A stretch of DNA of 64,000 bases from a virus, in the IMG/VR virus record IMGVR_UViG_3300027741_000020; one strand, written 5' to 3'. A program made the position numbers and the translations under genes. Below, piece by piece: positions 48,107 through 57,768 of this stretch (within the stretch, counting starts at the first letter, position 1; every line of letters starts with the position of its first letter). Below the pieces are notes generated by a model. That model was not told the DNA's origin. It made no database searches and saw only the letters and a list, made by a program, of their open reading frames with translations.

Positions 48107-48458
48107 TAGACCTAAAACCATAATTTGCGATATTGATGGTACATTGGTTGAGCATGAAAACCCTACAAATAATACACCATATTCTAAAAAATTAAAGTTA
48201 TTGCCTGGAACCATAGAAAAATTTATTGAGTGGGATGCATCGGGATATAACATTATATTGATTACAGGAAGAAGGGAATCTATGAGAAACTCCACAGAAA
48301 AACAATTATCTGAATTAGGTATTTTTTATGATAGTTTAATTATGGGCATTGGTGGAGGTAATCGGATATTGATTAATGATAAAAAGCCGGATGGAGCCGA
48401 ATCAGCGTATGCGTTTAATATAGAAAGAAATACTGGAATTAAAAATATAAAAATATAA
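48099..48458 (+). CDS. HAD-family phosphatase
   Basis: CDIDGTL, LITGR and LINDKK. Confidence 0.85.
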   Translation: MNNRPKTIICDIDGTLVEHENPTNNTPYSKKLKLLPGTIEKFIEWDASGYNIILITGRRESMRNSTEKQLSELGIFYDSLIMGIGGGNRILINDKKPDGAESAYAFNIERNTGIKNIKI

Positions 48459-48462
48459 AAAT

Positions 48463-49653
48463 ATGAAAAAAGTAGAAACACCAATACAATTATTTAAAGT
48501 TCATATGAATCCAAACGCAAAAGTAGAAGTTGGAAAAATATTGGATAGTGGGTATATTGGACAAGGACCAAAAGTAGAAGAGTTTGAATCAAACTTAAAA
48601 GAATATTTTAATTCAGATAAAGTAGTTACATTAAATTCAGGAACTTCCGGATTGCATTTAGCATTGCATTTATTAAAAAAACCATCAGCACGCGTATGGG
48701 CCGATGGATATTCTACACTCCATAAATTCTGGCCGGGTTTAAAAGATGGAGATGAAATACTATGTACTCCATTAACTTGTACGGCATCAAATTGGCCAGT
48801 ATTAGCAAATGGTTTAACGATTAAGTGGGTAGATATAGACCCTACAACATTGAATATGGATTTAGATGATTTGGAAAGAAAAATAGGTCCAAAAACAAAA
48901 GCAATTATAGTAGTTCATTGGGGCGGTTATCCGAATGATTTGGATAGATTAAAAGCTATACAAGAAAAATCAAAGCAAATATATGGATACGCACCGGCTA
49001 TTATTGAAGATGGTGCGCACTCATTTGGTTCGGAATATAAAGATAAGAAGTTAGGTAATCACGGTAATATGGTTATGTATAGCTTACAAGCTATTAAACA
49101 TATTACGGCAGTTGATGGTGGGCTATTAGTTTTACCACATCAAGAACTTTACAATAGAGCAAAGCTAATTCGTTGGTATGGTATTGATAGAGATGGTAAT
49201 AGAAAGGACTTCCGTTGTGAAGCAGATATTGAGGAATGGGGTTTTAAATTCCATATGAACGATGTTTGTGCAACGGTTGGTATTGAAAACCTAAAAGATG
49301 CTGAATGGATAATTGGTAAGCATCGAGATAACGCAAAATTCTATGACCAAAATTTAAAAGGAATTTATGGTGTTACTCTATTAGATAGACATAAAGGACA
49401 CGACTCGGCATTTTGGATATATTCTATGTTAGTTGAAAACCGCAATGGCTTTTACAAACATATGAAAGATTGTGGTATAGTTGTATCACAGGTACATGAA
49501 AGAAATGATAAGCATACTTGCGTTAAAGAATTTAGAAGCCATTTACCTAATTTAGAAAGGACTATTGGTAAAGTAGTATGTATACCAGTTGGTTGGTGGG
49601 TAACGGAAGAGCAAAGACAATATATTGTTGATTGTATTAAAAAAGGTTGGTAA
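48463..49653 (+). CDS. DegT/DnrJ-family PLP sugar aminotransferase
   Basis: LNSGTSGL, VVHWGG, IEDGAHSFG and SLQAIKHIT..DGG with the catalytic Lys. Confidence 0.92.
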   Translation: MKKVETPIQLFKVHMNPNAKVEVGKILDSGYIGQGPKVEEFESNLKEYFNSDKVVTLNSGTSGLHLALHLLKKPSARVWADGYSTLHKFWPGLKDGDEILCTPLTCTASNWPVLANGLTIKWVDIDPTTLNMDLDDLERKIGPKTKAIIVVHWGGYPNDLDRLKAIQEKSKQIYGYAPAIIEDGAHSFGSEYKDKKLGNHGNMVMYSLQAIKHITAVDGGLLVLPHQELYNRAKLIRWYGIDRDGNRKDFRCEADIEEWGFKFHMNDVCATVGIENLKDAEWIIGKHRDNAKFYDQNLKGIYGVTLLDRHKGHDSAFWIYSMLVENRNGFYKHMKDCGIVVSQVHERNDKHTCVKEFRSHLPNLERTIGKVVCIPVGWWVTEEQRQYIVDCIKKGW

Positions 49654-49659
49654 AAATAA

Positions 49660-49691
49660 TTTGGTAATTTGATATATTTTACATATATTTG
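49660..49691 (+). promoter_or_regulatory. Bacteroidota-type sigma promoter (TTTG ... TATATTTG)
   Basis: Elements start at 49660 and 49684; internal promoter before fabH. Confidence 0.65.
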
Positions 49692-49705
49692 TTAAAATAA
49701 ACATA

Positions 49706-50641
49706 ATGAAAATTCAAAATGTTGGTATAGTTGGTATAGGCTCGTATGTTCCTGAAAAAATAGTATCAAATGAAAATATTGATTTCCTAAATATAGGAAC
49801 AAATTCGGATTGGACTTATAAAAATTTAGGAATAAAACAAAGACGAAATGTAGTGGATGAACTACCATCGGATTTGGCATACCATGCTTCAATTTCTGCA
49901 ATTACCGACTCGGGTATAAATAAGAATGATATTGATTTAATTATATTAGCAACCTCAAGTCCGGATAGAATATCGCCATCAACCGCATGTATATTAGCTA
50001 ATAAATTGGATATTAAATGTCCAGCATTTGATATTAATGCGGTATGTAGTGGATTCGTTTATGGAATACAATTAGCTACCAATTTAATTTCAACAAAACA
50101 ATATAAGAACATATTATTAGTTGGAGCAGATGCTTATTCTAAAATAACAGATTGGAATGATAGGAATTGTGTATTTTTTGGAGATGGCGCAGGCGCTGTG
50201 ATTATATCAAATGTGAATGGAGCTTGGATAAGTACGGATTTATATGGAGATGGCTCAGGTAAAGAAGGGTTTACATGCCATCATTCTTCAAAATTTTTAA
50301 TGAATGCAAGGGCAGTTTACGATATTGCAACGAAAGTTTTACCCGATGCAATAACGAAAGCATTACTTTCAAATAATTTATCATTAAATGATATTGATTG
50401 GATAGTACCACATCAGCCGGGACATAGAGTATTATTTAAAACATCCGAAATTTTAAATTTTCCAAATGATAAAGTTATATTCAATATGGGCAATTTTGGT
50501 AATACAGCAGGAGCATCAATCCCAATGGCATTAGATTGTTTATATAGAGAAAATAAATTAAAAAATGGAAACATATTAGTAATGCCAGCAGTAGGTTCTG
50601 GTTGGACATGGGGTGTAAGTGTTTTAAAATATATTAAATAG
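49706..50641 (+). CDS. fabH: 3-oxoacyl-ACP synthase III
   Basis: Catalytic triad motifs AVCSGF, PHQ and GNT.GAS; also FGDGAGA. Confidence 0.93.
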   Translation: MKIQNVGIVGIGSYVPEKIVSNENIDFLNIGTNSDWTYKNLGIKQRRNVVDELPSDLAYHASISAITDSGINKNDIDLIILATSSPDRISPSTACILANKLDIKCPAFDINAVCSGFVYGIQLATNLISTKQYKNILLVGADAYSKITDWNDRNCVFFGDGAGAVIISNVNGAWISTDLYGDGSGKEGFTCHHSSKFLMNARAVYDIATKVLPDAITKALLSNNLSLNDIDWIVPHQPGHRVLFKTSEILNFPNDKVIFNMGNFGNTAGASIPMALDCLYRENKLKNGNILVMPAVGSGWTWGVSVLKYIK

Positions 50642-50647
50642 TATAAT

Positions 50648-51292
50648 ATGAAAAAAATGGTTATATTTGGAGCTAGTGGTGGTTTAGGACAAAAGCTAAT
50701 TCCTCTATTAGAAAAAAAATATCAAATAATCCCAATCAGTAGTAGAGAAGTTGATATTACATCACTGGAGCAAACTAAAAAGTTTTTTAATTCCAATGAT
50801 ATTGATATTGTATTAAATATGAGTGGGAAAAAATATGATGTATTCTTGAGTAAGATAGATGCGGCCGATATCAATGAAATTGATTCTATGATGGATGTTA
50901 ATATGAAAGGTAATATTAACATATTGGCAGGATGTCTTCCCAAAATGATTGAAAAAAAATACGGTAGAGTAATTGCAATATCTTCGGTTTTTTCAGAACT
51001 AAATGTACCAAAAAATTCAATCTATTGCGCTTCAAAGGCATTTGTAGATAGATTGATAGCAACCGCAAATAAAGAAAATATTAAGTATGGTATAACTTGT
51101 AATACAATTCAGCTAGGATATTGGGATGGTGGCATGTGTTATAGAGTTGAAAAAAAATATCAAGAAATGGCAAAGGATAAAATTGGACTAAAACGCTGGG
51201 GATCTATGGAAGAATTATATAATACTATCAATTTTATAATTGAAAACGAATATATTTGTGGAACTAATTTAAGAATAGACGGAGGACTTTAA
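50648..51292 (+). CDS. SDR oxidoreductase (FabG-like)
   Basis: GASGGLG, YCASK and G.NLRIDGG. Confidence 0.85.
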   Translation: MKKMVIFGASGGLGQKLIPLLEKKYQIIPISSREVDITSLEQTKKFFNSNDIDIVLNMSGKKYDVFLSKIDAADINEIDSMMDVNMKGNINILAGCLPKMIEKKYGRVIAISSVFSELNVPKNSIYCASKAFVDRLIATANKENIKYGITCNTIQLGYWDGGMCYRVEKKYQEMAKDKIGLKRWGSMEELYNTINFIIENEYICGTNLRIDGGL

Positions 51293-51293
51293 A

Positions 51294-51872
51294 ATGTATA
51301 TACACAAAGAGGGAATCGCATTACGAAAGCTTGAAAGAGAAGACTTACCACTATTAAAGGAACTTAAAAATGAATCGTGGTTTGGTACTCATAATATTAA
51401 TTTTCTAAATGATTTAGACCAGCAACGTTGGTTTGAATCTTTAAATAGCAAAACTCATTTAATTTTAATTGGTATTGAAGCTTCATCGGATGAACGAGTT
51501 GGGTTGTATAAGATTCAAAACATTGATTGGTATAACAGGACATATGATTCATCGCACGATGTATTCAAATCACATAGAGGTAAGGGCTTTTCAAAACCAG
51601 TTTTATGCGCCGGTACTGATTTTGCGTTTGAAGTTTTAAATATGAATAGAATTGACGGGCAAGTATTAGAGAATAACATAGCTAGTATGAAATCAGCGGA
51701 GTATGTTGGCTTTACAAAAGAGGGAGTTAGAAGAAAATCAATATACAAATGTGGAGAATGGCTTGATAGTATTCACATTGGATTGTTGAAAAGCGATTGG
51801 GAAAAATTGGATAGAATCAAAGGATATGGTGGTATATGTAATGTTTCATATACTCCTAAAAATAATAAATAA
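51294..51872 (+). CDS. GNAT N-acyltransferase (RimJ/RimL/PseH-like)
   Basis: HRGKGF, NIAS..SAEYVGFTKEG..RK. Confidence 0.88.
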   Translation: MYIHKEGIALRKLEREDLPLLKELKNESWFGTHNINFLNDLDQQRWFESLNSKTHLILIGIEASSDERVGLYKIQNIDWYNRTYDSSHDVFKSHRGKGFSKPVLCAGTDFAFEVLNMNRIDGQVLENNIASMKSAEYVGFTKEGVRRKSIYKCGEWLDSIHIGLLKSDWEKLDRIKGYGGICNVSYTPKNNK

Positions 51873-52796
51873 ATGAAAAAACTTTTAATAATTGGTGGGA
51901 GTGGCTATATTGGAACCCGACTAATAGAAGATTATCGTAATCGGTATGATATAACAAATGTGGATTTATGCTGGTTCAGCGATGTGCCAGATGGGTGTCA
52001 TACTATTGATTACAATGAATTGCAAGAATCAACAATACATAAGTTTGATGTTGTAATTTTATTAGCAGCTCATTCTAGCGTAAAGATGTGCGAAGGTAAT
52101 CCGCAATATAGCTTTAATAACAATGTAAGAAACTTCGTTAATCTTTTACCTAAGCTTTCAAAGAAACAAAAGTTTATATATGCAAGTAGTTCTTCTGTTT
52201 ATGGAAATGTTGCGGATAAATGCGTAAATGAAAGTTTTACAAACTTTGTACAACACAACCACTACGATACCACAAAATATATTATAGATTTATATGCAAA
52301 TCTATATGATATTGAATATTACGGATTACGATTTGGTACAGTTAATGGCGCAGCATCTCACATAAGAAACGATGTTATGTTAAATTCAATGACTTACAGT
52401 GCCTTAAATAAAGGAGAAATACAATTATACATTAAAGATATAATAAGGCCTATTCTTGGTATAAGTGATTTATCAAGAGCAATTCAAAAAATAATAGAAA
52501 CGACTGAAGATTGCAGGGGAATTTATAATTTGGCATCATTTAATAGTACCGCTGAAAAACTTGCATATATGGTTGGCAAGATTACAGGAGTAAAGGTATT
52601 GGATTATAATTCCGACCCAAGTGCAACGGGAGATATTAAACCTAAATACTATAATTTTTCTATAAATTCCGAAAAGTTTTCAGAAACATTTAACTATAAA
52701 TTTCAAGAAACACCGGAAAGTATAGTTTTAGAATTAATAGAAACAAATAATAAATCAAAATTTACAAATAGAAACAATATAAAACATTATGTTTAA
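51873..52796 (+). CDS. NAD-dependent epimerase/dehydratase/reductase (extended SDR)
   Basis: GGSGYIG, YASSSSVYG, YDTTK and LRFGTVNG. Confidence 0.88.
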   Translation: MKKLLIIGGSGYIGTRLIEDYRNRYDITNVDLCWFSDVPDGCHTIDYNELQESTIHKFDVVILLAAHSSVKMCEGNPQYSFNNNVRNFVNLLPKLSKKQKFIYASSSSVYGNVADKCVNESFTNFVQHNHYDTTKYIIDLYANLYDIEYYGLRFGTVNGAASHIRNDVMLNSMTYSALNKGEIQLYIKDIIRPILGISDLSRAIQKIIETTEDCRGIYNLASFNSTAEKLAYMVGKITGVKVLDYNSDPSATGDIKPKYYNFSINSEKFSETFNYKFQETPESIVLELIETNNKSKFTNRNNIKHYV

Positions 52797-54024
52797 CGAA
52801 TTTTCAAAAAAATGTATAGCCAATGATGAGTGCTTAGCATGTGGTAGTTCAACTAATCTAAAAACGATTATTGATTTAGGCAAACAGCCATTGGCAAATG
52901 ATTATCATAAAGGCGATTTATTGGATGAATATCCTTTAAAATTAAATCTATGTACCAATTGCTATCATTTACAATTAAGCCATGCGGTAAATCCTGATTT
53001 AATGTTTAAAAATTATCTTTATGTAAGTGGTACAACAAAAACTTTGAAAGATTATTTTGATTTCTTTGCAAAAATAACACTTGAGCAAGTTCCAAATGCA
53101 AAAAAAGTTTTAGATATTGCTTGCAATGATGGAACTCAATTAGATTCATATAAGAGATTGGGATTGGAAACTTATGGAATAGACCCTGCTGAAAATTTAT
53201 ATAATGACTCCGTAGAAAAAGGCCACAATATAATTTGCGATTACTTTAATACCGTAACAGTAAAAAAGCTTGAAGATACTAAATTTGATATTATTACAGC
53301 ACAAAATGTTTTTGCTCATACTAGGTTTACATATGATTTTCTAAAAGCATGTTCAGAAATATTAGCTACCGATGGGAAGTTGTTTATACAAACTTCTCAA
53401 GCAAATATGGTAATAAATAATGAATTTGATACAATATATCACGAACACTTATCTTTTTTTAATATCAATTCAATGATGACTTTAGTTAAACGAGCCGGAT
53501 TGAATCTGGTTGATGTAAAAAAGACAGATATACATGGAACTAGCTATGTATTCATTATTTCTCATAAAAACGAAATATCTGATAATTTACATATTCAATA
53601 TGAAAATGAAAAAGCAAATGGTCTTTATAACATTCTTACATATCCTGAATATTCAATGAAATGCTATAAAGCAGCTTTCTCATTAAAGCAAAGATTATTA
53701 GAGTTTAAAAATGATGGATATACATTAATAGGGTATGGCGCTGCAGCGAAAGGAAATACTTTACTAAATTTTACAAAAATTGAACTTGATTGTATAATAG
53801 ATGATAATCCATTAAAACAAGGATTATTAACGCCTGGTATGGATATACCCATATACAATCCTTCTTATTTAGAAGAATTGGATAAAACCGCAAAAGTTGT
53901 ATTTGTTCCACTTGCTTGGAATTTTTTCAATGAAATTTGTAAAAGGATTAAGCAAAAAAGAAACATATCCGATGATTTATTCATACAATATTTTCCAGAA
54001 TTTTTTATACAAAAAATTAATTAA
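52789..54024 (+). CDS. NDP-sugar C-methyltransferase
   Basis: Zn-binding CLAC...CTNC, DLGKQPLAN, DIACNDG, IYHEHLSFF and YGAAAKGNTLL. Confidence 0.9.
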   Translation: MFNEFSKKCIANDECLACGSSTNLKTIIDLGKQPLANDYHKGDLLDEYPLKLNLCTNCYHLQLSHAVNPDLMFKNYLYVSGTTKTLKDYFDFFAKITLEQVPNAKKVLDIACNDGTQLDSYKRLGLETYGIDPAENLYNDSVEKGHNIICDYFNTVTVKKLEDTKFDIITAQNVFAHTRFTYDFLKACSEILATDGKLFIQTSQANMVINNEFDTIYHEHLSFFNINSMMTLVKRAGLNLVDVKKTDIHGTSYVFIISHKNEISDNLHIQYENEKANGLYNILTYPEYSMKCYKAAFSLKQRLLEFKNDGYTLIGYGAAAKGNTLLNFTKIELDCIIDDNPLKQGLLTPGMDIPIYNPSYLEELDKTAKVVFVPLAWNFFNEICKRIKQKRNISDDLFIQYFPEFFIQKIN

Positions 54025-54030
54025 TAAAAA

Positions 54031-54792
54031 ATGAAAAAAACAATTATAAGTCACTTCTATAATGAAGAATATTTGTTACCACACTGGTTAAAATATCATA
54101 AAAAATATTTTGATTATGGTATTCTAATTGATTATAACTCCACAGATAGAAGCGTTGAAATAATAAAAGAAATATGTCCAGATTGGAAGGTTGTTACAAG
54201 TCGAAATTCTTATTTTGAAGCCGTTGCTGTAGATTCCGAAGTAAGCGAATTAGAATCGGAAATTGATGGATTTAAAATATGTTTAAATACTACTGAATTT
54301 TTATTAGGCAAATACGATATATTGAATTATATAACTAATCCAACACAATTCATAATACCACAATATCTTATGGTAGATATGCCAGATACGGAATTTACTG
54401 AAATTAAAGAAGATTTGATTAAAGAACGCCATTGGGGACAAAGCCCTTTTGAAAACGGATTTTATAGATTTGGTAGGTCCATGCATAATTTTAATTTAGA
54501 TTATGTAAAATATTTGGGTGGCGCTGGTAGGCATTTTAATACACCACAAAATCAACATATATACAAACCATATACAACCGATTTTGCTATTTTATATTAT
54601 GGATATTGCCCATTAAACGAAATAACTTTAAAAAGAAAATTATCTTTTAAAAGTAAATTAAATCCAAATTCTAATCCAGGAGATGATTTAGACCATAAAC
54701 GAACTAGAGAACAATTTATAGATTTTAATGTAAACGCACGTCCAACTGCCAAAAATTTATCCGATTTAATAAATCATTACTTAAATAATTAA
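54031..54792 (+). CDS. GT2-like glycosyltransferase
   Basis: HFYNEEYLLPHWLKYH and LIDYNSTD. Confidence 0.75.
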   Translation: MKKTIISHFYNEEYLLPHWLKYHKKYFDYGILIDYNSTDRSVEIIKEICPDWKVVTSRNSYFEAVAVDSEVSELESEIDGFKICLNTTEFLLGKYDILNYITNPTQFIIPQYLMVDMPDTEFTEIKEDLIKERHWGQSPFENGFYRFGRSMHNFNLDYVKYLGGAGRHFNTPQNQHIYKPYTTDFAILYYGYCPLNEITLKRKLSFKSKLNPNSNPGDDLDHKRTREQFIDFNVNARPTAKNLSDLINHYLNN

Positions 54793-54807
54793 ATTAAATA
54801 TATAAAA

Positions 54808-55677
54808 ATGAATGAAATATACTCAACAGCAAATTTAGGTGGAGGCCTCGGAGCTCAACTATTCCAAATAGCGCATGCTTGTGCTCAAGGTTGGAAATAT
54901 GGTATAGAGCCTGCGTTTTCTACTAAATTATACCTATCTTATAGTTATCAACCCGATATGTGGCCACAGCATTTTATAAATAATGTTTATAGAAATTTAA
55001 AATTTGTAGATGATATAGGTGATTATGTTTTACTTGAAGAAGATAGTTTCAATTATAATAAATTTATAAATCAAAATATAAATTTTGAAAAAACAGTTTT
55101 ATTTAGGGGTTACTTTGAAAGCTGGAAAAACTTTTTGGGATATGATGAAAAAATAAAAGATACATTTGGACCAACAAATGAGTTTATAGAAAAAGCAAAC
55201 ATATTATATCCTGAAATTCAAAGTCGAAAAACAGTATCAATGCACATTCGTAGAGGTGATTTTTTTAATGTTTCACATATATTGCCTGTTACTGATATTT
55301 CTTACTTTGAGGAATGTATAAGTAATATTGGGGAATACGATAATTTGTTAATATTTTCAAATGATAAGGCATACGCAAATACATTGAATTTTAAAAATAT
55401 GAGGATTGTTTCTGGATTAGAGAATTATGAAGAAATGTGGCTAATGAGTATGTGTAATACTAATATTATATCAAACTCAACATACAGCTGGTGGGCTCAG
55501 TTCTTAAATAAAAATAAAAATAAATCTACATATGCGCCAAGTATATGGTTCGGACCATCGGGTCCAGGTACATGGAGTGGTGAAACGCCTGGAGCACCAT
55601 ATGATAGTATATATGAACCCGATTGGAATGTAATAGATACTAGATTTGAAAATGGATATATCGTTAGAAATAAATAA
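54808..55677 (+). CDS. GT11 alpha-1,2-fucosyl/colitosyl-transferase
   Basis: GGLGAQLFQ, GYFES, SMHIRRGD, FSND and ISNSTYSWWAQFL. Confidence 0.92.
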   Translation: MNEIYSTANLGGGLGAQLFQIAHACAQGWKYGIEPAFSTKLYLSYSYQPDMWPQHFINNVYRNLKFVDDIGDYVLLEEDSFNYNKFINQNINFEKTVLFRGYFESWKNFLGYDEKIKDTFGPTNEFIEKANILYPEIQSRKTVSMHIRRGDFFNVSHILPVTDISYFEECISNIGEYDNLLIFSNDKAYANTLNFKNMRIVSGLENYEEMWLMSMCNTNIISNSTYSWWAQFLNKNKNKSTYAPSIWFGPSGPGTWSGETPGAPYDSIYEPDWNVIDTRFENGYIVRNK

Positions 55678-55679
55678 TT

Positions 55680-56591
55680 ATGCAATATAAAAAAATATTA
55701 GTTACAGGCGGAACTGGCCTTGTTGGTAAATCTTTAAAAAATATTTTACCAGATGCAATTTATTTATCATCAAAAGATTGTAATTTAACTTCAAAGAAAG
55801 AAATTGATAATCTATTATATCGTTATGAGCCCGATATGGTTATACATTTAGCAGCAAAGGTTGGGGGTATACTCGATAATATAAAATATCCAGTTCAATA
55901 TTTCAATGAAAATATTTTAATGAATACATTATTATTAGAGTCTGTATATGAATTTGGCATAGAAAGATTTATAGGAATATTAAGTAGTTGTATTTATCCG
56001 GATATTGTTGATTCGTATCCAATGACAGAAAGTGTACTTCATTCCGGCCCACCAACTCCGACTAATTTTTCATACGCATATGCTAAAAGATGCTTAGCAG
56101 TTCAAACCGATGCATATAATAAGCAATATGGTTTAAATTATCAATACCTCATACCTTGCAATTTATATGGCGAATATGATAAGTATGGTGATAACAGTCA
56201 CTTTGTAGCATCTCTCATTAAAAAAATTTATATTGCTAAAAAAACTAATCAGAGCAGTATAATATTATTTGGTACAGGGAATCCTTTAAGACAATTTATG
56301 CATGCGGATGATTTGGCATATGTTATAAAATATTGTATGGAAAATGGAATATATGATAATATGAACGTTGCCACAAATGAAATACTTTCAATAAGAGAAA
56401 TAGCTAACATTGCTTTAGAAGCTTGCAATATGAATGATTTAGAAATAAAATTTGATACAAACTTACCTGATGGGCAATATCAAAAAGATATATCAATAGA
56501 ATTATTGAAAAAAGTTATTCCAAATTTTAATCCATTATCTTTATTTAATGGGATTAAAAAAACATATAATAATATTAATTTGGAATTTTAA
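55680..56591 (+). CDS. GDP-fucose synthase-like reductase (Fcl/ColC)
   Basis: GGTGLVG, HLAAKVGGI, SSCIYP, YAYAKR, NLYG, GTG.PLRQF and PDGQ. Confidence 0.9.
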   Translation: MQYKKILVTGGTGLVGKSLKNILPDAIYLSSKDCNLTSKKEIDNLLYRYEPDMVIHLAAKVGGILDNIKYPVQYFNENILMNTLLLESVYEFGIERFIGILSSCIYPDIVDSYPMTESVLHSGPPTPTNFSYAYAKRCLAVQTDAYNKQYGLNYQYLIPCNLYGEYDKYGDNSHFVASLIKKIYIAKKTNQSSIILFGTGNPLRQFMHADDLAYVIKYCMENGIYDNMNVATNEILSIREIANIALEACNMNDLEIKFDTNLPDGQYQKDISIELLKKVIPNFNPLSLFNGIKKTYNNINLEF

Positions 56592-56610
56592 AAAATTATT
56601 CATATATTTG
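56579..56610 (+). promoter_or_regulatory. Bacteroidota-type sigma promoter (TTTG ... TATATTTG)
   Basis: Elements start at 56579 and 56603; ATG follows 4 nt later. Confidence 0.65.
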
Positions 56611-56614
56611 TGTT

Positions 56615-57766
56615 ATGATAAAACTAGTTAGTGATACTATTGATAAAAACGATATATCGGCATTAATTGAATGGTTATCGGCCGATGAAATGCCTAGATT
56701 AACAAAAGGTAATTTAACTGTTGAATTGGAAAAAAAGTGGGCAGAAAAAATAGGAACAAAATATTCCGTATTTGTAAATTCAGGCTCTTCTGCCATTCTT
56801 TTAATGCTTGCTGCTTTAAAGCAATTTAAAATTTTAAAGAATAATGTAATAATAGCTCCAGCTTTAAGTTGGGCGACTGATGTCAGTTCACCAATGCTAT
56901 TAGATTATAAAACATATTTGTGCGATTGCAATTTGGAAGATTTATCATGCGATTTGAATCATTTAGAAGAATTATTTATAAAGCATAAACCATCGGTTTT
57001 TATATCAGTATGTCCATTAGGATTAGTTCCTGATATGGATTCGCTGATAAATTTATGTGAAAAATATGAAGTTATCTTATTAGAGGATGTGTGTGAATCA
57101 ATGGGGTCAAAATATAATAAAAAATATTTAGGAGCATTTGGATTTGCTTCTGTATTTTCAACATATTTTGGACATCATTTGAGTACAATAGAGGGCGGAT
57201 TTATAAATACAAATGATGAAGAATTTTATTATATGTTATTAATGATGCGAAGTCATGGTTGGGATAGAGATTTACCAAAATTTAAGCAAGATTATTTGAG
57301 AAAACGATACAATGTTGATGAATTTGAATCATTGTATTGCTTTTACGTTCCTGGTTTAAATGTGAGGTCTACCGATTTACAAGCCTTTATAGGATTAAGG
57401 GCAATTGATAAACTTGATTCGTATTCTTTATTAAGAAACAAAAATTTTAACTATTATAATTCTTTGATTAAAAATAATGAACTCAATTTAAGAGTAAAAA
57501 ATGAAGATTTTATATCAAATTTTGCATATCCTATTGTATCGTATAAGAGAAATGAAATTATAAAATCCTTAATGTTAGAAAATGTGGAAGTTAGACCACT
57601 AATAGCTGGTAATATTGCGAATAAACCATTTTGGTATAACGTTAATGGAAATTCAAATGATTTACATAATGCCAATTTAATTGATAAGTATGGGTTTTAT
57701 ATACCAAATCATCATTACTTAACAAATTTAGAAATTGAAACAATAGCAAATATTATTAATAATTAA
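56615..57766 (+). CDS. colD: GDP-4-keto-6-deoxy-D-mannose 3-dehydratase (ColD-like)
   Basis: DegT fold with His in place of the PLP Lys (FSTYFGHHLSTIEGG); RSHGWDRDLP and PGLNVR match ColD. Confidence 0.82.
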   Translation: MIKLVSDTIDKNDISALIEWLSADEMPRLTKGNLTVELEKKWAEKIGTKYSVFVNSGSSAILLMLAALKQFKILKNNVIIAPALSWATDVSSPMLLDYKTYLCDCNLEDLSCDLNHLEELFIKHKPSVFISVCPLGLVPDMDSLINLCEKYEVILLEDVCESMGSKYNKKYLGAFGFASVFSTYFGHHLSTIEGGFINTNDEEFYYMLLMMRSHGWDRDLPKFKQDYLRKRYNVDEFESLYCFYVPGLNVRSTDLQAFIGLRAIDKLDSYSLLRNKNFNYYNSLIKNNELNLRVKNEDFISNFAYPIVSYKRNEIIKSLMLENVEVRPLIAGNIANKPFWYNVNGNSNDLHNANLIDKYGFYIPNHHYLTNLEIETIANIINN

Positions 57767-57768
57767 AA

